A stretch of DNA of 64,000 nt. It comes from an uncultured Pelagibacteraceae bacterium (GTDB lineage Bacteria > Pseudomonadota > Alphaproteobacteria > Pelagibacterales > Pelagibacteraceae). The stretch is from contig CACKGK010000002.1 in the NCBI GenBank assembly GCA_902599665.1, positions 17,184 to 81,183 on the forward strand. The letters run 5' to 3'. The translations under genes were made by a program, and so were the position numbers. Numbering within the stretch: the first letter of the stretch is position 1; each line of letters opens with the position of its first letter. The notes under the pieces are model-generated. The model had not been told where the DNA came from. It made no database searches and saw only the letters and a program-made list of their open reading frames with translations. Positions 36,260 to 46,882 of this stretch are shown here, in pieces.

Positions 36260-38695
36260 ATGATGAAATCAAAAGCAAAAGTTGTAGTAGTAGGTGGTGG
36301 AGTTGTTGGTGTTAGTGCTCTGTATCACCTAGCTAAAAAGGGCTGGTCTGATGTTGTTTTGATTGAAAGAAAGGAATTAACCTCAGGTTCAACATGGCAT
36401 GCAGCTGGGTTACTTCCATTATTTAACATGAGTTACTCCGTTGGCCAGTTACATAAATATGCAGTTAATCTTTATAAAAGTTTAGAGGAAGAAACAGGTA
36501 AAAATGTCGGTTTCAGTGTTGTTTCAAATATTAGATTAGCAGACAACAAAGATAGAATGGATGAGTATCATCAATACGCTGGAGTTGCAAAAACCATCGG
36601 AGTAGATGTAAAATTTCTAACACCAGATCAAGTAAAAGAAATTTGGCCTTTGTGTAATACAAAGGATTTAATTGGAGCAATTCAACACCCTGAAGATGGA
36701 TATATTCAACCAGCTGATTTAACACAAGCATTAGCTACTGGCGCAAGAAATAGAGGTGCTGAGATTTATAGAAATACAACAGTTCTTGCAATGAAACAAA
36801 ATAAAGATGGATGGGTTGTTGAAACAGATAAAGGATCTATAGAATGTGAACACGTAATTTCATGTTCAGGAAATTTTGCTAGACAAACTGGCAAGATGGT
36901 TGGCTTAGATATTCCAGTAATACCAGTTGAACATCAATATATTGTAACAGAACCACACCCAGAAATTCAAAAAAGAAAAAAAGAAGGTCTTCCTGAAATG
37001 GGAGTTTTAAGAGATAGTGACAGCAGATGGTATATGAGAGAGGAAGCGGGTGGTTTAATTTTAGGACCATATGAAGATGGTGCTCCTGCCTGTTATGTAG
37101 ATGGTCCTTCAAAGGAATCTGAGTATGAACTTTTTCAAGAAGATCTAGATAGACTTGCTCCTCATATTGAAGGAGCTATTCATAGAGTTCCAGCATTTGG
37201 AGAAGTAGGTGTTAAAAAAGTATACAATGGTGCTATTTGCTATACTCCAGATGGAAATCCGATAGTTGGTCCAGCGTGGGGATTAAAAAACTTTTGGATT
37301 AATGAAGGTCATAGTTTTGGCATCACTGCAGCTGGTGGAGCCGGATGGCAACTAGCTGAATGGATTGTTGATGGAGAACCTACAATAGACATGCTTGGTG
37401 TAGAACCAAGAAGATACGGTGATTATTGTTCAAAATCTTATCTAAAAGAAAAAAATGAAGAAGCTTACAGTCATGTATTTATAACCCATTTTCCAGACGA
37501 AGAAAGACCAGCCGCAAGACCTTTAAGAACAGCGCCATGTTATGACAGAATGAAAAATCTTGGTGCAGTTTTTGGTCAAAAATTTGGATGGGAAAGACCA
37601 AACTTTTTTGCAACTGATGGTATGGAACAAAAGGATGATTGGTCGTTTAGAAGATCTAATTGGTTCAAAGCAGTTGAGAAAGAGTGCAAAAATGTAAAAG
37701 AAAATGTTGGTCTACTTGATATGACTGCATTTGCTAAATGCAGAATTAAAGGACCTGGGGCAGAAGAATTTCTAGATAAGTTGGTAGCCAATAAATTACC
37801 AAAGAAGGTCGGTAGAATTAATTTATGTCACGCATTGAATACTAAAGGCGGTGTTCACTCAGAATTTACAATTATGAGAGAGTCAGAAAATAGTTTTTAT
37901 CTTGTTTCTGCTGGAGCATATCAAAGATTGGATCACGATTGGATATTTGGCTGGATGCCAAAAGATGGATCAGTTCAATTTGAGAACTTAACAAATAGCA
38001 AAGGTGTTCTTGTGGTATCTGGACCGAAAGCAAGAGAACTAATGCAAAGGGTTTCAAATGACGATTTTTCAAACGAAAATTTTAAATGGCTGAGCGCAAA
38101 ACAAGTTGATGTTGGCTTTGCACCAGTAAATGCAATGAGAGTTAATTTTGTTGGAGAGTTAGGATGGGAACTTCATCATCCTATTGAATATCAAAATCAT
38201 ATTTTTGATAAACTTATGGATGCAGGTCAAGACCTAGGTTTAAAACCTTATGGTATTAGAGCTATGAACAGTTTAAGAGTTGAAAAATCCTACAAACTAG
38301 TAGGAACTGAATTATCAATTGAGTATTCACCTTACGAAAGTGGACTAGATAGATTTATTCATCCAAACAAAGGAAGTTTTATTGGACTTGATGCTTTAAA
38401 TAAATGGAGAGAAAAAGGCTTTGATAATAAACTTGTTACTCTAGAGGTTCACGAAACTAGTGATGCGGATGTATTAGGAAATAACCCGATTTATGAAAAT
38501 GGTAGTGTTGTAGGACGTGCAACTGGTGGTGACTTTGGATTCAGGCTAGGAAAATCTATCGCACTAGGAATGGTTAAACCTGAGTTAGCAAATGTTGGAC
38601 AAAAACTAAGGATTGATATACTTGGTAAAATGCATGAGGCAACAATTTTAGAAGAAAGTCCTTACGATGCAGAAAATAAATTATTGAGAGCTTAA
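36260..38695 (+). CDS. Dimethylglycine dehydrogenase-like FAD/GcvT protein (paralog 2)
   Basis: [27 protein letters not shown]; coupled to etfB. Confidence 0.92.
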   Translation: MMKSKAKVVVVGGGVVGVSALYHLAKKGWSDVVLIERKELTSGSTWHAAGLLPLFNMSYSVGQLHKYAVNLYKSLEEETGKNVGFSVVSNIRLADNKDRMDEYHQYAGVAKTIGVDVKFLTPDQVKEIWPLCNTKDLIGAIQHPEDGYIQPADLTQALATGARNRGAEIYRNTTVLAMKQNKDGWVVETDKGSIECEHVISCSGNFARQTGKMVGLDIPVIPVEHQYIVTEPHPEIQKRKKEGLPEMGVLRDSDSRWYMREEAGGLILGPYEDGAPACYVDGPSKESEYELFQEDLDRLAPHIEGAIHRVPAFGEVGVKKVYNGAICYTPDGNPIVGPAWGLKNFWINEGHSFGITAAGGAGWQLAEWIVDGEPTIDMLGVEPRRYGDYCSKSYLKEKNEEAYSHVFITHFPDEERPAARPLRTAPCYDRMKNLGAVFGQKFGWERPNFFATDGMEQKDDWSFRRSNWFKAVEKECKNVKENVGLLDMTAFAKCRIKGPGAEEFLDKLVANKLPKKVGRINLCHALNTKGGVHSEFTIMRESENSFYLVSAGAYQRLDHDWIFGWMPKDGSVQFENLTNSKGVLVVSGPKARELMQRVSNDDFSNENFKWLSAKQVDVGFAPVNAMRVNFVGELGWELHHPIEYQNHIFDKLMDAGQDLGLKPYGIRAMNSLRVEKSYKLVGTELSIEYSPYESGLDRFIHPNKGSFIGLDALNKWREKGFDNKLVTLEVHETSDADVLGNNPIYENGSVVGRATGGDFGFRLGKSIALGMVKPELANVGQKLRIDILGKMHEATILEESPYDAENKLLRA

Positions 38696-39444
38696 TGAAA
38701 ATTTTAGTCGCTGTAAAAAGAGTTATTGATTATAACGTTCAAATTAGAGTTAAAGAAGACGGTAGTGGAGTTGTTACTGATAACGTTAAAATGTCAACAA
38801 ACCCACCGGATGACAATGCTATTGAAGAAGCTGTAAAAATTAAAGAGTCAGGTAAAGCAACAGAAATAATAGCAGTTACTGTTGGCGAAGAAAAAGCTCA
38901 AGAGACAGTTAGAAAAGCTTTAGCAGTAGGAGCGGATAGAGGAATTCATGTAAAAATTGATAGCACCGTTGAGCCTCTTGCTGTCTCTAAAATTTTAAAA
39001 AAAATTGTTGAAAAAGAAAATCCAGACTTAGTTTTTATGGGTAAACAAGCAATTGATGATGACTGTAATCAAACAGGCCAAATGTTAGCAGCACATTTAA
39101 ATTGGCCACAAGCAACTTTTGCCTCAAAAATAGAAGTGAACGATAAATCATTACAGGTCACTAGAGAAGTTGATGAAGGTTTAGAAACTATTGAAGTTAA
39201 TATTCCGGCTATTATTACATGTGATTTAAGATTGAATGAGCCAAGATATGCGTCACTGCCAAACATTATGAAGGCTAAGAAAAAACCTATTGAACAGATT
39301 AATGCGTCAGATCTAGGAGTTGATACAAACCCTAGAATAGAACATATTAAGATTGAAGAACCGCCAAAAAGAAAAGCGGGTATCAAAGTTGCGAGTGTTG
39401 AAGAATTAGTACAAAAATTAAAAAATGAGGCTAAAGTAATTTAA
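38695..39444 (+). CDS. etfB: Electron transfer flavoprotein beta subunit
   Basis: [31 protein letters not shown]. Confidence 0.96.
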   Translation: MKILVAVKRVIDYNVQIRVKEDGSGVVTDNVKMSTNPPDDNAIEEAVKIKESGKATEIIAVTVGEEKAQETVRKALAVGADRGIHVKIDSTVEPLAVSKILKKIVEKENPDLVFMGKQAIDDDCNQTGQMLAAHLNWPQATFASKIEVNDKSLQVTREVDEGLETIEVNIPAIITCDLRLNEPRYASLPNIMKAKKKPIEQINASDLGVDTNPRIEHIKIEEPPKRKAGIKVASVEELVQKLKNEAKVI

Positions 39445-40397
39445 TGTCAGTTTTATTAATAGCAGAGCATAACAACAAAGAAGTAAAACCATTTACTTTA
39501 AATGCAATTACCGCTGCATCACAAATTGATCAAGATCTTCATGTACTATTAATTGGAAGTAAGGCAGATGATGTTGCAAAATCTTTATCTGAAGTTCCTA
39601 TAGTAAAAAAAGTTCTGCAAATAGACCACGAAATTTATGAAAATTATATTGCTGAGAATTACACTGCAGCAATTTTAAAACACGCTGATAAATATTCGCA
39701 TATTATTTGCTCAGCAAATACATTTGGAAAAAACCTTATGCCAAGAGTAGCAGCATTATTAGATATTTCACAAGTGAGTGATATTATAAAAGTTATATCT
39801 CCTGATACTTTTTTAAGACCAATCTATGCTGGAAATGCATTTGCTACAGTTAAAAGTAATGATAAAAAAAAATGTGTTACTATTAGACCAACATCATTTG
39901 AGGCAGCTGAAACAACTGGTGGAACTGCTGAAATAGAAAAAATCGATGCAGCAGACCAAACTGAAAATACGAAATTTATAAATAGAGAAGAAATCAAATC
40001 AGATAGACCTGAATTAGGTACAGCCAGAGTAGTAATTTCTGGTGGTAGAGGCTTACAAAGCGGAGAAAATTTCAAACTGATAACCGATGTAGCGGACAAG
40101 TTAAATGCTGCGATAGGAGCTTCAAGAGCTGCAGTTGATGCCGGATATATCACAAACGAACATCAAGTGGGACAAACAGGAAAAGTTGTTGTGCCTGATC
40201 TATATATAGCAGTTGGAATTTCTGGAGCCATTCAACATTTAGCAGGAATGAAAGAAAGTAAAGTTATTGTTGCTATAAATAAAGATGGTGAAGCACCTAT
40301 TTTTAGTGTCGCAGATTACGGCTTGGAAGCTGATTTATTCGAAGCACTTCCTCAATTCCTAGAGGAACTGAATAAATTAAACACTATACAAAAATAA
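39444..40397 (+). CDS. etfA: Electron transfer flavoprotein alpha subunit
   Basis: RPIYAGN, SGGRG, ASRAAVD, QVGQTGK, GISGAIQH. Confidence 0.96.
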   Translation: MSVLLIAEHNNKEVKPFTLNAITAASQIDQDLHVLLIGSKADDVAKSLSEVPIVKKVLQIDHEIYENYIAENYTAAILKHADKYSHIICSANTFGKNLMPRVAALLDISQVSDIIKVISPDTFLRPIYAGNAFATVKSNDKKKCVTIRPTSFEAAETTGGTAEIEKIDAADQTENTKFINREEIKSDRPELGTARVVISGGRGLQSGENFKLITDVADKLNAAIGASRAAVDAGYITNEHQVGQTGKVVVPDLYIAVGISGAIQHLAGMKESKVIVAINKDGEAPIFSVADYGLEADLFEALPQFLEELNKLNTIQK

Positions 40398-40418
40398 CAA
40401 ATACTGTAAGAAATTAGT

Positions 40419-42038
40419 ATGTCCAGAGAAGTGATGGAATACGATGTAGTAATCGTAGGTGGCGGACCATCGGGACTTTCAACTGCTATAAAATTAAAGC
40501 AGTTAAATCCAGATATTAATGTCTGCCTTTTAGAAAAAGCATCTGAAATAGGTGCACATATTTTATCCGGGAACGTGTTTGAAACACGGGCCTTAGATGA
40601 ACTATTGCCAAATTGGAAAGATCTTAATCCACCAATTAAAACTAAAGTTAATAAAGAAAAGTTTCTATTCCTAGGGAAGACAAAAAAAATAAGTTGGCCA
40701 ACATGGTTATTACCTAAAGTGCAACAAAATCATAATAATTATATTATTAGTCTTGCTAATTTATGTAGATGGTTAGCAGAGCAAGCTGAAAGTCTTGGAA
40801 TTGAAATATTCCCAGGTTTTCCGGCAAGTGAGGTTTTATATAATGAAGATGGTTCTGTTAAGGGTGTAGCAACTCAAGATATGGGTTTAGATAAAGATGG
40901 AAATAAAAAAGATGGTTATGAACCAGGAATAGAACTTCATGCAAAAGTTACAGTTTTTGCAGAAGGGTGTAGAGGACATTTAGGTAAAGAATTAATCAAA
41001 AAATTTGATTTAGATAAAGGAAAAGATCCACAACAGTATGGAATTGGATTTAAAGAAATTTGGGAGTTGAAAGAAGAAAATCATGACGAAGGTCTAGTGA
41101 TGCATACAGCAGGTTGGCCATTAGATAATAGCACCTATGGGGGAAGCTTTGTTTATCATGCTGAAAACAAACAAATATTTTTAGGATATGTCATCGGTCT
41201 TGATTATAAAAATCCACATCTTTCTCCATTTGATGAATTTCAAAAATTTAAAACTCATCCTGCGATTAGATCAATATTAGAAGGTGGTAAAAGAATATCA
41301 TACGGAGCAAGAGCACTTATAGAAGGAGGTTTTCAAAGTCTACCTAAAATGTTCATGCCAGGTGCATTATTAGTTGGTTGTGATGCTGGTACATTAAATA
41401 TGCCGAAAATTAAAGGATCACACACTGCAATGAAAAGTGGAATGATTGCAGCGGAAACTATTATTGATCATATAAAATCAAGCCAAGAATTATCTATTTA
41501 TGAGGAAAAATTCAAAAAAAGTTGGGTTTATAAAGAGTTGTATGAAGCTAGAAATGTTAAACCTAGCTTTAGCTGGGGTTTAATTCTTGGAATAATATTT
41601 ACAGGAATTGATCAAATTTTATTTAAAGGAAGATTGCCATTTACACTTAAACACAAACATGCTGATCACGAAACCTTAAAACTAGCAAGTGAAATGCCAA
41701 AAATAGATTATCCAAAACCAGATAACATTATTACGTTTGACAAAACAAGTTCAGTTTATCTAACAGGAACTAATCATGCTGAAAATCAACCAGTACATCT
41801 TCAACTTAAAGATAAAGACTTGCCAATAAAATATACTTTAGGAAAATACGACGAGCCTGCACAAAGATATTGTCCAGTTGGAGTTTATGAAATTCAAAAA
41901 GAAAATGATGTTGAAAAATTTGTGATTAATTCTCAAAATTGTATTCATTGTAAAACTTGCGATATAAAAGAGCCATCACAAAACATTACATGGGTTACGC
42001 CTGAAGGTGGGGGTGGACCTAAGTACGGAAATATGTAA
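40419..42038 (+). CDS. ETF-ubiquinone oxidoreductase
   Basis: GAHILSG, PKIKGSHTAMKSG, CPVGVYE...NCIHCKTCDIK. Confidence 0.96.
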   Translation: MSREVMEYDVVIVGGGPSGLSTAIKLKQLNPDINVCLLEKASEIGAHILSGNVFETRALDELLPNWKDLNPPIKTKVNKEKFLFLGKTKKISWPTWLLPKVQQNHNNYIISLANLCRWLAEQAESLGIEIFPGFPASEVLYNEDGSVKGVATQDMGLDKDGNKKDGYEPGIELHAKVTVFAEGCRGHLGKELIKKFDLDKGKDPQQYGIGFKEIWELKEENHDEGLVMHTAGWPLDNSTYGGSFVYHAENKQIFLGYVIGLDYKNPHLSPFDEFQKFKTHPAIRSILEGGKRISYGARALIEGGFQSLPKMFMPGALLVGCDAGTLNMPKIKGSHTAMKSGMIAAETIIDHIKSSQELSIYEEKFKKSWVYKELYEARNVKPSFSWGLILGIIFTGIDQILFKGRLPFTLKHKHADHETLKLASEMPKIDYPKPDNIITFDKTSSVYLTGTNHAENQPVHLQLKDKDLPIKYTLGKYDEPAQRYCPVGVYEIQKENDVEKFVINSQNCIHCKTCDIKEPSQNITWVTPEGGGGPKYGNM

Positions 42039-42413
42039 TTAAGAAAGATCTATTGCAAATTTTTTTAAAGTTTCAATTGGTACTAACTTTAAAGTATTAA
42101 CGTGAGTTTTTTTCAAATATATTGAACATCCAATTCCTGCTTCTAAAGCTCTTGCAACCCAACTGGCACATACACACCAATTATCTCCATCTACCAATCC
42201 AGGAAAACCAAATTCAGGGTGAGGTGTTATTAAATCGTTACCAGCCTCTTTGCACCATTCTAAAAATTCATCATTAACTTTTACGCAAACTGTGTGTAAA
42301 CCTCGATCGTTTTCATCTGTGTTACAACAACCGTCTCTGAACCAACCGGTTAATGGATTTTTAGAACATTCTTCAAGATCTTCTCCAAGAACATTTTTTT
42401 GCGCCTCACTCAT
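42039..42413 (-). CDS. DUF2237 family protein
   Basis: NVLG..LE.C...PLTGWFRDGCC, GNDL.TP.P...FPGL..GD.WCVCA. Confidence 0.88.
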   Translation of the reverse strand: MSEAQKNVLGEDLEECSKNPLTGWFRDGCCNTDENDRGLHTVCVKVNDEFLEWCKEAGNDLITPHPEFGFPGLVDGDNWCVCASWVARALEAGIGCSIYLKKTHVNTLKLVPIETLKKFAIDLS

Positions 42414-42880
42414 TAAATTTTAGTGGGATTAGGTTGTCCTTTATAAACAACTTCTGGATCAAATTTTTTCTTTTCTTCTTCAAATTTCATTTCTACTTTA
42501 CGTCCATTTTCAATTTTTCCTGTAGGTACTGATCGATAAAAACATGATCTGTAACCAACATGACAACTTGCACCATCACCAATATCTACAGTTATCCAAA
42601 CTGCATCTTGATCATCGTCAATTCTTATTTCTTTTACTTTTTGAGTAAAGCCGCTAGTTTTTCCTTTATGCCAAATTTCTTTTCTAGACCTGCTCCAGTA
42701 GTGAGCTTCTTTTGTTTCTATTGTTAATTTTAAAGCTTCAACATTCATATAACCGTGCATTAGGATCTCTTTAGTTTCTGCACATGTTGTAATTACAGGG
42801 ATTAAGCCATCATTATCGAATTTTGGAGATAAAAGGTTACCTTCCTCTATATCAGCGACATTTTCTCTTTTTTTAAACAT
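42413..42880 (-). CDS. hisI: Phosphoribosyl-AMP cyclohydrolase (variant DDDQD motif)
   Basis: GLIPV, YMN.EAL, YWSRSR..IW.KG.TSG, SCH.GYRSCF. Confidence 0.9.
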   Translation of the reverse strand: MFKKRENVADIEEGNLLSPKFDNDGLIPVITTCAETKEILMHGYMNVEALKLTIETKEAHYWSRSRKEIWHKGKTSGFTQKVKEIRIDDDQDAVWITVDIGDGASCHVGYRSCFYRSVPTGKIENGRKVEMKFEEEKKKFDPEVVYKGQPNPTKI

Positions 42881-42959
42881 ATATAAGTCGCATTATCTAA
42901 CATATTACTGAATATATTAAATATTTTAAATTTAAGGATTTACTGTATAAAAAGGCGCT

Positions 42960-43568
42960 ATGAAATTAGTAAAAGACACAGACAATAAAAATTTAGAGAC
43001 TAAACAAGTTTCAGATAAAGAAGCTGAAGAAGCTTTGATTAAGATATTAACTTGGATTGGTGAGGATCCAAATAGAGAAGGTTTGTTAGAAACACCAAAG
43101 AGAGTAATAAAAGCATATAAGGAATTTTTTAGCGGGTATAAAGAGGATGCTAATAAAGTTTTAGAAAAAACTTTTGGTGACGTTGAAGGATATAATGACA
43201 TGGTAATTCAAAAGAATATATCTGTGCAAAGTCATTGCGAACATCATATGGTTCCAATATTGGGTATGGCACACGTTGCATACATACCAAAAGAAAGAGT
43301 TGTAGGACTAAGTAAGCTAGCAAGGGTTGTTGATGTATTTGCAAAAAGGTTGCAAACACAAGAAAGATTAACACTACAAATTGCTAAATCAATTATGACT
43401 GCTCTTGATGCTAAGGGTGTTGCAGTAACAATCGATGCAGCTCATCAATGTATGACTACTAGAGGGATAAAAAAAGAAAGAGCATCTACAGTTACTAATT
43501 ACTTTTTAGGTCAATTTAAGGACGATCTTTCTATTCAGAATAGATACTTACGATTTATTAAAGAATAG
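42960..43568 (+). CDS. folE: GTP cyclohydrolase I (type IA)
   Basis: REGLLETPKR, SHCEHH, GLSKLAR, RLQTQERLT, HQCMTTRG. Confidence 0.96.
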   Translation: MKLVKDTDNKNLETKQVSDKEAEEALIKILTWIGEDPNREGLLETPKRVIKAYKEFFSGYKEDANKVLEKTFGDVEGYNDMVIQKNISVQSHCEHHMVPILGMAHVAYIPKERVVGLSKLARVVDVFAKRLQTQERLTLQIAKSIMTALDAKGVAVTIDAAHQCMTTRGIKKERASTVTNYFLGQFKDDLSIQNRYLRFIKE

Positions 43569-43581
43569 AGTATAATTACAC

Positions 43582-44586
43582 ATGTCTGATACTTTCAAAG
43601 CCCTGGTTATAAACCAGGTAGGTGAAAATTTTTCTCAAGAAGTTAAAGAATTAAATTTTGATTTTTTAAAGGAAGGTGAAGTCTTAGTTAAAATACAATA
43701 CTCAGATCTTAATTATAAGGATGCTTTGATTTTAAAAGATGGTGCAAAATTAGTTAAAGAGTTTCCAAGAATTCCTGGAATTGATTTCTCAGGTACAGTA
43801 GCAGAAAGCAAGTCAGATGAATTTAAAGAAGGTGATGAGGTAATTCTTACTGGTTGTAGGGTTGGAGAATTATTTCATGGAGGATTCTCTCAATATGCAA
43901 GAGTTAAAAAAGAATTTCTGATAAAGAAACCTTCAGGTATTGATTTGAAGCAAGCAATGATGATGGGTACTGCAGGCTTTACAGCAATGTTGTGTGCATT
44001 TGCCGTTAAAGCAAAAGAAGAATTATTACTACAAAGTAAAGTGAACGATGTCCTTGTAACAGGTTCAACAGGTGGAGTAGGGATGGTTGCTGTAAATATT
44101 TTATCTAAAATGGGATGTAATGTAACTGCAATCACCGGAAAACCAGAAAAAGCTGATTATTTAAAGGAATTAGGGGCAAAAACTGTTCTTGATCGTAAAG
44201 AATTTGAAGGTGAGCCAAGATTAATTGGAAAAGGCACTTGGGATGGCGTTGTTGACACTGTTGGTGGAAATATTTTAGCAAATGCAATATCTCAAACAAG
44301 ATTAAAAGGAATTGTGGCTGTCTGTGGTAATGCAAGTGGAACTAACAAATTAAATACTTCTGTAGTTCCTTTTTATATAAGAGCTGTAAAACTATGGGGC
44401 GTAGACTCAGTTAATGTAAGCAACAAAAGAAAAGAATTTGTATGGGGTGAAGTACCAAGTTTAGTAGATTTTAGTATTATAGAAAAATCAATTAAAATAG
44501 TTGGGCTTGAAGAACTATTGACTGTATTTCCGGAAATGCTTGAAGGAAAACTGAAAAATAGAATTCTAGTGGATGTAAATAAATAA
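43582..44586 (+). CDS. acuI: Acrylyl-CoA reductase AcuI/YhdH family MDR oxidoreductase
   Basis: LNYKD, PGIDFSG, GTAGFTAM, VTGSTGGVG, DTVGG, GVDSV. Confidence 0.8.
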   Translation: MSDTFKALVINQVGENFSQEVKELNFDFLKEGEVLVKIQYSDLNYKDALILKDGAKLVKEFPRIPGIDFSGTVAESKSDEFKEGDEVILTGCRVGELFHGGFSQYARVKKEFLIKKPSGIDLKQAMMMGTAGFTAMLCAFAVKAKEELLLQSKVNDVLVTGSTGGVGMVAVNILSKMGCNVTAITGKPEKADYLKELGAKTVLDRKEFEGEPRLIGKGTWDGVVDTVGGNILANAISQTRLKGIVAVCGNASGTNKLNTSVVPFYIRAVKLWGVDSVNVSNKRKEFVWGEVPSLVDFSIIEKSIKIVGLEELLTVFPEMLEGKLKNRILVDVNK

Positions 44587-45476
44587 TGGATTGGGACAAA
44601 TTAAAAATTTTTCATGCAGTAGCTGAAGCTGGTAGTTTTACAAGCGCTACTGTAATTCTAAATCTAAGCCAATCTGCAATTAGTAGACAAATTCAATCTT
44701 TAGAAGAAGATTTAAAAGTAAAGTTATTTGAAAGACATGCAAGAGGATTAACACTCACAGAAAATGGTGAATATGTTTATAAAACTGCACATGAAGTTAT
44801 TAGTAAACTAAAGGAGGTAGAAACAACTTTAGGAGATCAAAAACATAAACCAACTGGAAAACTAACAATTACAACTGTTAGAAGTTTTGGTACTCACTGG
44901 TTAACCCCAAGAATTCAAGAGTTTATGCAATTAAATCCAGAAATTGAAATAGAATTAATTTTTGACGATAAAGAGTTAGATTTAAGTACAAGACAAGCCG
45001 ATATTGGAATATTTATGAGAAGACCAAAACAACTAAATTATATTCAAAGAAAACTAATGGATATAAATTATCATATATATGGCTCAAATAAGTATCTTGA
45101 AAAACATGGCATGCCTAAATCTATTAATGATTTAAGCAAGCATAACTTTATATCATTTGGTAGAGGAGCCCCATCACCAGTGTTTAACCCAGATTGGGCA
45201 TTAAAACTTGGTATAAAAGATAATAAAAAAAGAAAACCTGTTATGAAAGTAAATAGCGTTATGGGTTTACTGTTAGCAGTCGAAAGTGGTGTAGGCCTTG
45301 CGGCTCTTCCAGATTATTTAGTTTCTTTATCTCGAAATGTAATTAAAGTTCTACCCAGTGTTGAGGGTCCGATTACAGAGGCTCACTTTGTCTTTCCAGA
45401 ATCTTTGAAAAATGTAGCTAGAGTGACAACCTTCAGAAACTTTCTTTATAGTAAAATTTCAGAATTTAAGTCTTAA
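44586..45476 (+). CDS. LysR family transcriptional regulator
   Basis: MDWDKLKIF..VAEAGSFT.A...LNLSQSAISRQI HTH. Confidence 0.95.
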   Translation: MDWDKLKIFHAVAEAGSFTSATVILNLSQSAISRQIQSLEEDLKVKLFERHARGLTLTENGEYVYKTAHEVISKLKEVETTLGDQKHKPTGKLTITTVRSFGTHWLTPRIQEFMQLNPEIEIELIFDDKELDLSTRQADIGIFMRRPKQLNYIQRKLMDINYHIYGSNKYLEKHGMPKSINDLSKHNFISFGRGAPSPVFNPDWALKLGIKDNKKRKPVMKVNSVMGLLLAVESGVGLAALPDYLVSLSRNVIKVLPSVEGPITEAHFVFPESLKNVARVTTFRNFLYSKISEFKS

Positions 45477-45517
45477 AATATCAATAATATAGGCGTTAAG
45501 TGCGTCATTAATGCGAT

Positions 45518-45548
45518 TGATAATCATTATCATTGCGAATAGTTATCA
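45518..45548 (+). promoter_or_regulatory. Fur-type operator: perfect 7-1-7 box plus adjacent degenerate box
   Basis: TGATAAT-C-ATTATCA (45518-45532) then TGCGAATAGTTATCA (45534-45548), upstream of the Fe3+ SBP gene. Confidence 0.8.
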
Positions 45549-45587
45549 AAATCATTATAATTTATAAAAACTAAAAGAGAGAGATAT

Positions 45588-46616
45588 ATGAAAAAATTGA
45601 CAATATCGGCACTAATCTTATCCTTATTTGCATCAAGCTTTGCAATAGCAAATGAGGTAAATATTTTTAATGCAAGACATTATAAAGCTGATGCAGAACT
45701 TTATAGTAAATTTACAGCAGCAACAGGAATTAAAGTAAACTTAATCAATGGTAAGGCTGGTGCTTTAGAAAAAAGAATGATCGAAGAAGGCGCTGATTCA
45801 GCTGCCGATCTTTACATAACTGCTGACGCTGGAAGATGTGGTGCATTTAAAGCAAAAGGAATGACTCAATCAGGCTTAGTTTCATCTACAATTAAATCAT
45901 CTGTACCAAAAAGTTTTAGAACTACACACTGGGTTGGAGTAGCAAAAAGAGCAAGAATTGTTTACTACTCACCAGAAAGAGTAAGTGGTGCTGAGTTGTC
46001 AGGGTTAACTTATGAAAGTTTAGCTGATCCAAAATGGAAAGGCAGAATTGCAATTAGAGCTTCTAGCAACATTTATAACAAATCTCTTGTAGCTTCATTA
46101 GTTAAAAATAATGGAAAAAAAGCTGCACGTGAATGGGCTAAAGGAGTTGTTGCAAACATGGCAAGAGATCCAAAAGGAAATGATAGAGCACAAATTATGG
46201 CTGTAGCAGCAGGAGAAGCTGATATTGCTGTTGCAAATACTTATTACTTAGCTTTGATGTTATCTGGGAATAAAGGACCTGAACAACAAGAAGCTGCAAA
46301 AAAAGTTAAAGCTTTTTTTCCTAATCAGAATGATAGAGGAACACACATGAATATAAGTTGTGCAGCTTTAGTTAAAGGAGCGCCCAATAAAACTAATGCA
46401 ATTGCACTTGTTGATTTCTTATTATCACCAGAAGCTCAAGAACACTTTACAAATAATACTTTTGAGTTTCCAATGATAGCTGGAGTTTCACCAAGTCCAT
46501 TGGTAGTAAACAACTTAGGTTTAGATTTTAAACAAGATCTAACAACGAGTGTTGCTAGTTATGGAGCAAAGCAAGCTGACGCCTTAGAGGTGATGACGGC
46601 TGCTGGTTGGAAGTAA
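45588..46616 (+). CDS. Fe(III) ABC transporter substrate-binding protein (FutA/FbpA type)
   Basis: Signal peptide, ARHY, NIYN, GNDRAQI, ANTYY tyrosine ligands. Confidence 0.93.
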   Translation: MKKLTISALILSLFASSFAIANEVNIFNARHYKADAELYSKFTAATGIKVNLINGKAGALEKRMIEEGADSAADLYITADAGRCGAFKAKGMTQSGLVSSTIKSSVPKSFRTTHWVGVAKRARIVYYSPERVSGAELSGLTYESLADPKWKGRIAIRASSNIYNKSLVASLVKNNGKKAAREWAKGVVANMARDPKGNDRAQIMAVAAGEADIAVANTYYLALMLSGNKGPEQQEAAKKVKAFFPNQNDRGTHMNISCAALVKGAPNKTNAIALVDFLLSPEAQEHFTNNTFEFPMIAGVSPSPLVVNNLGLDFKQDLTTSVASYGAKQADALEVMTAAGWK

Positions 46617-46639
46617 CATTGAAAGTAAAAAAAAAATTT

Positions 46640-46789
46640 ATGTCTGAGGTTAATTTAAATAAATCAGCCAATGCATGTGTACCATGTGCTGAGGAGTGTA
46701 AAAAAATTAACAAAAGAATAAATAAAAGGAAATTATCAGAGATAAGTACTAAAGATTTTCCGCACATTTCAAAGGTATTCAATATCTGA
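46640..46789 (+). CDS. Putative 49-aa peptide with CxxCxxxC motif
   Basis: MSEVNLNKSANACVPCAEECKK...; fills an unusually long gap between SBP gene and hairpin. Confidence 0.45.
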   Translation: MSEVNLNKSANACVPCAEECKKINKRINKRKLSEISTKDFPHISKVFNI

Positions 46790-46801
46790 CTTTTCTTAAT
46801 T

Positions 46802-46832
46802 AAAGTGCCTATGCATCCTTCGTAGGCACTTT
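46802..46832 (+). terminator. Intra-operon hairpin or intrinsic terminator
   Basis: AAAGTGCCTA-tgcatccttcg-TAGGCACTTT followed by T. Confidence 0.75.
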
Positions 46833-46882
46833 TAAAAATATTAAAAGAGACTATATAGGTCATTTAAATTACAAATATCTCT

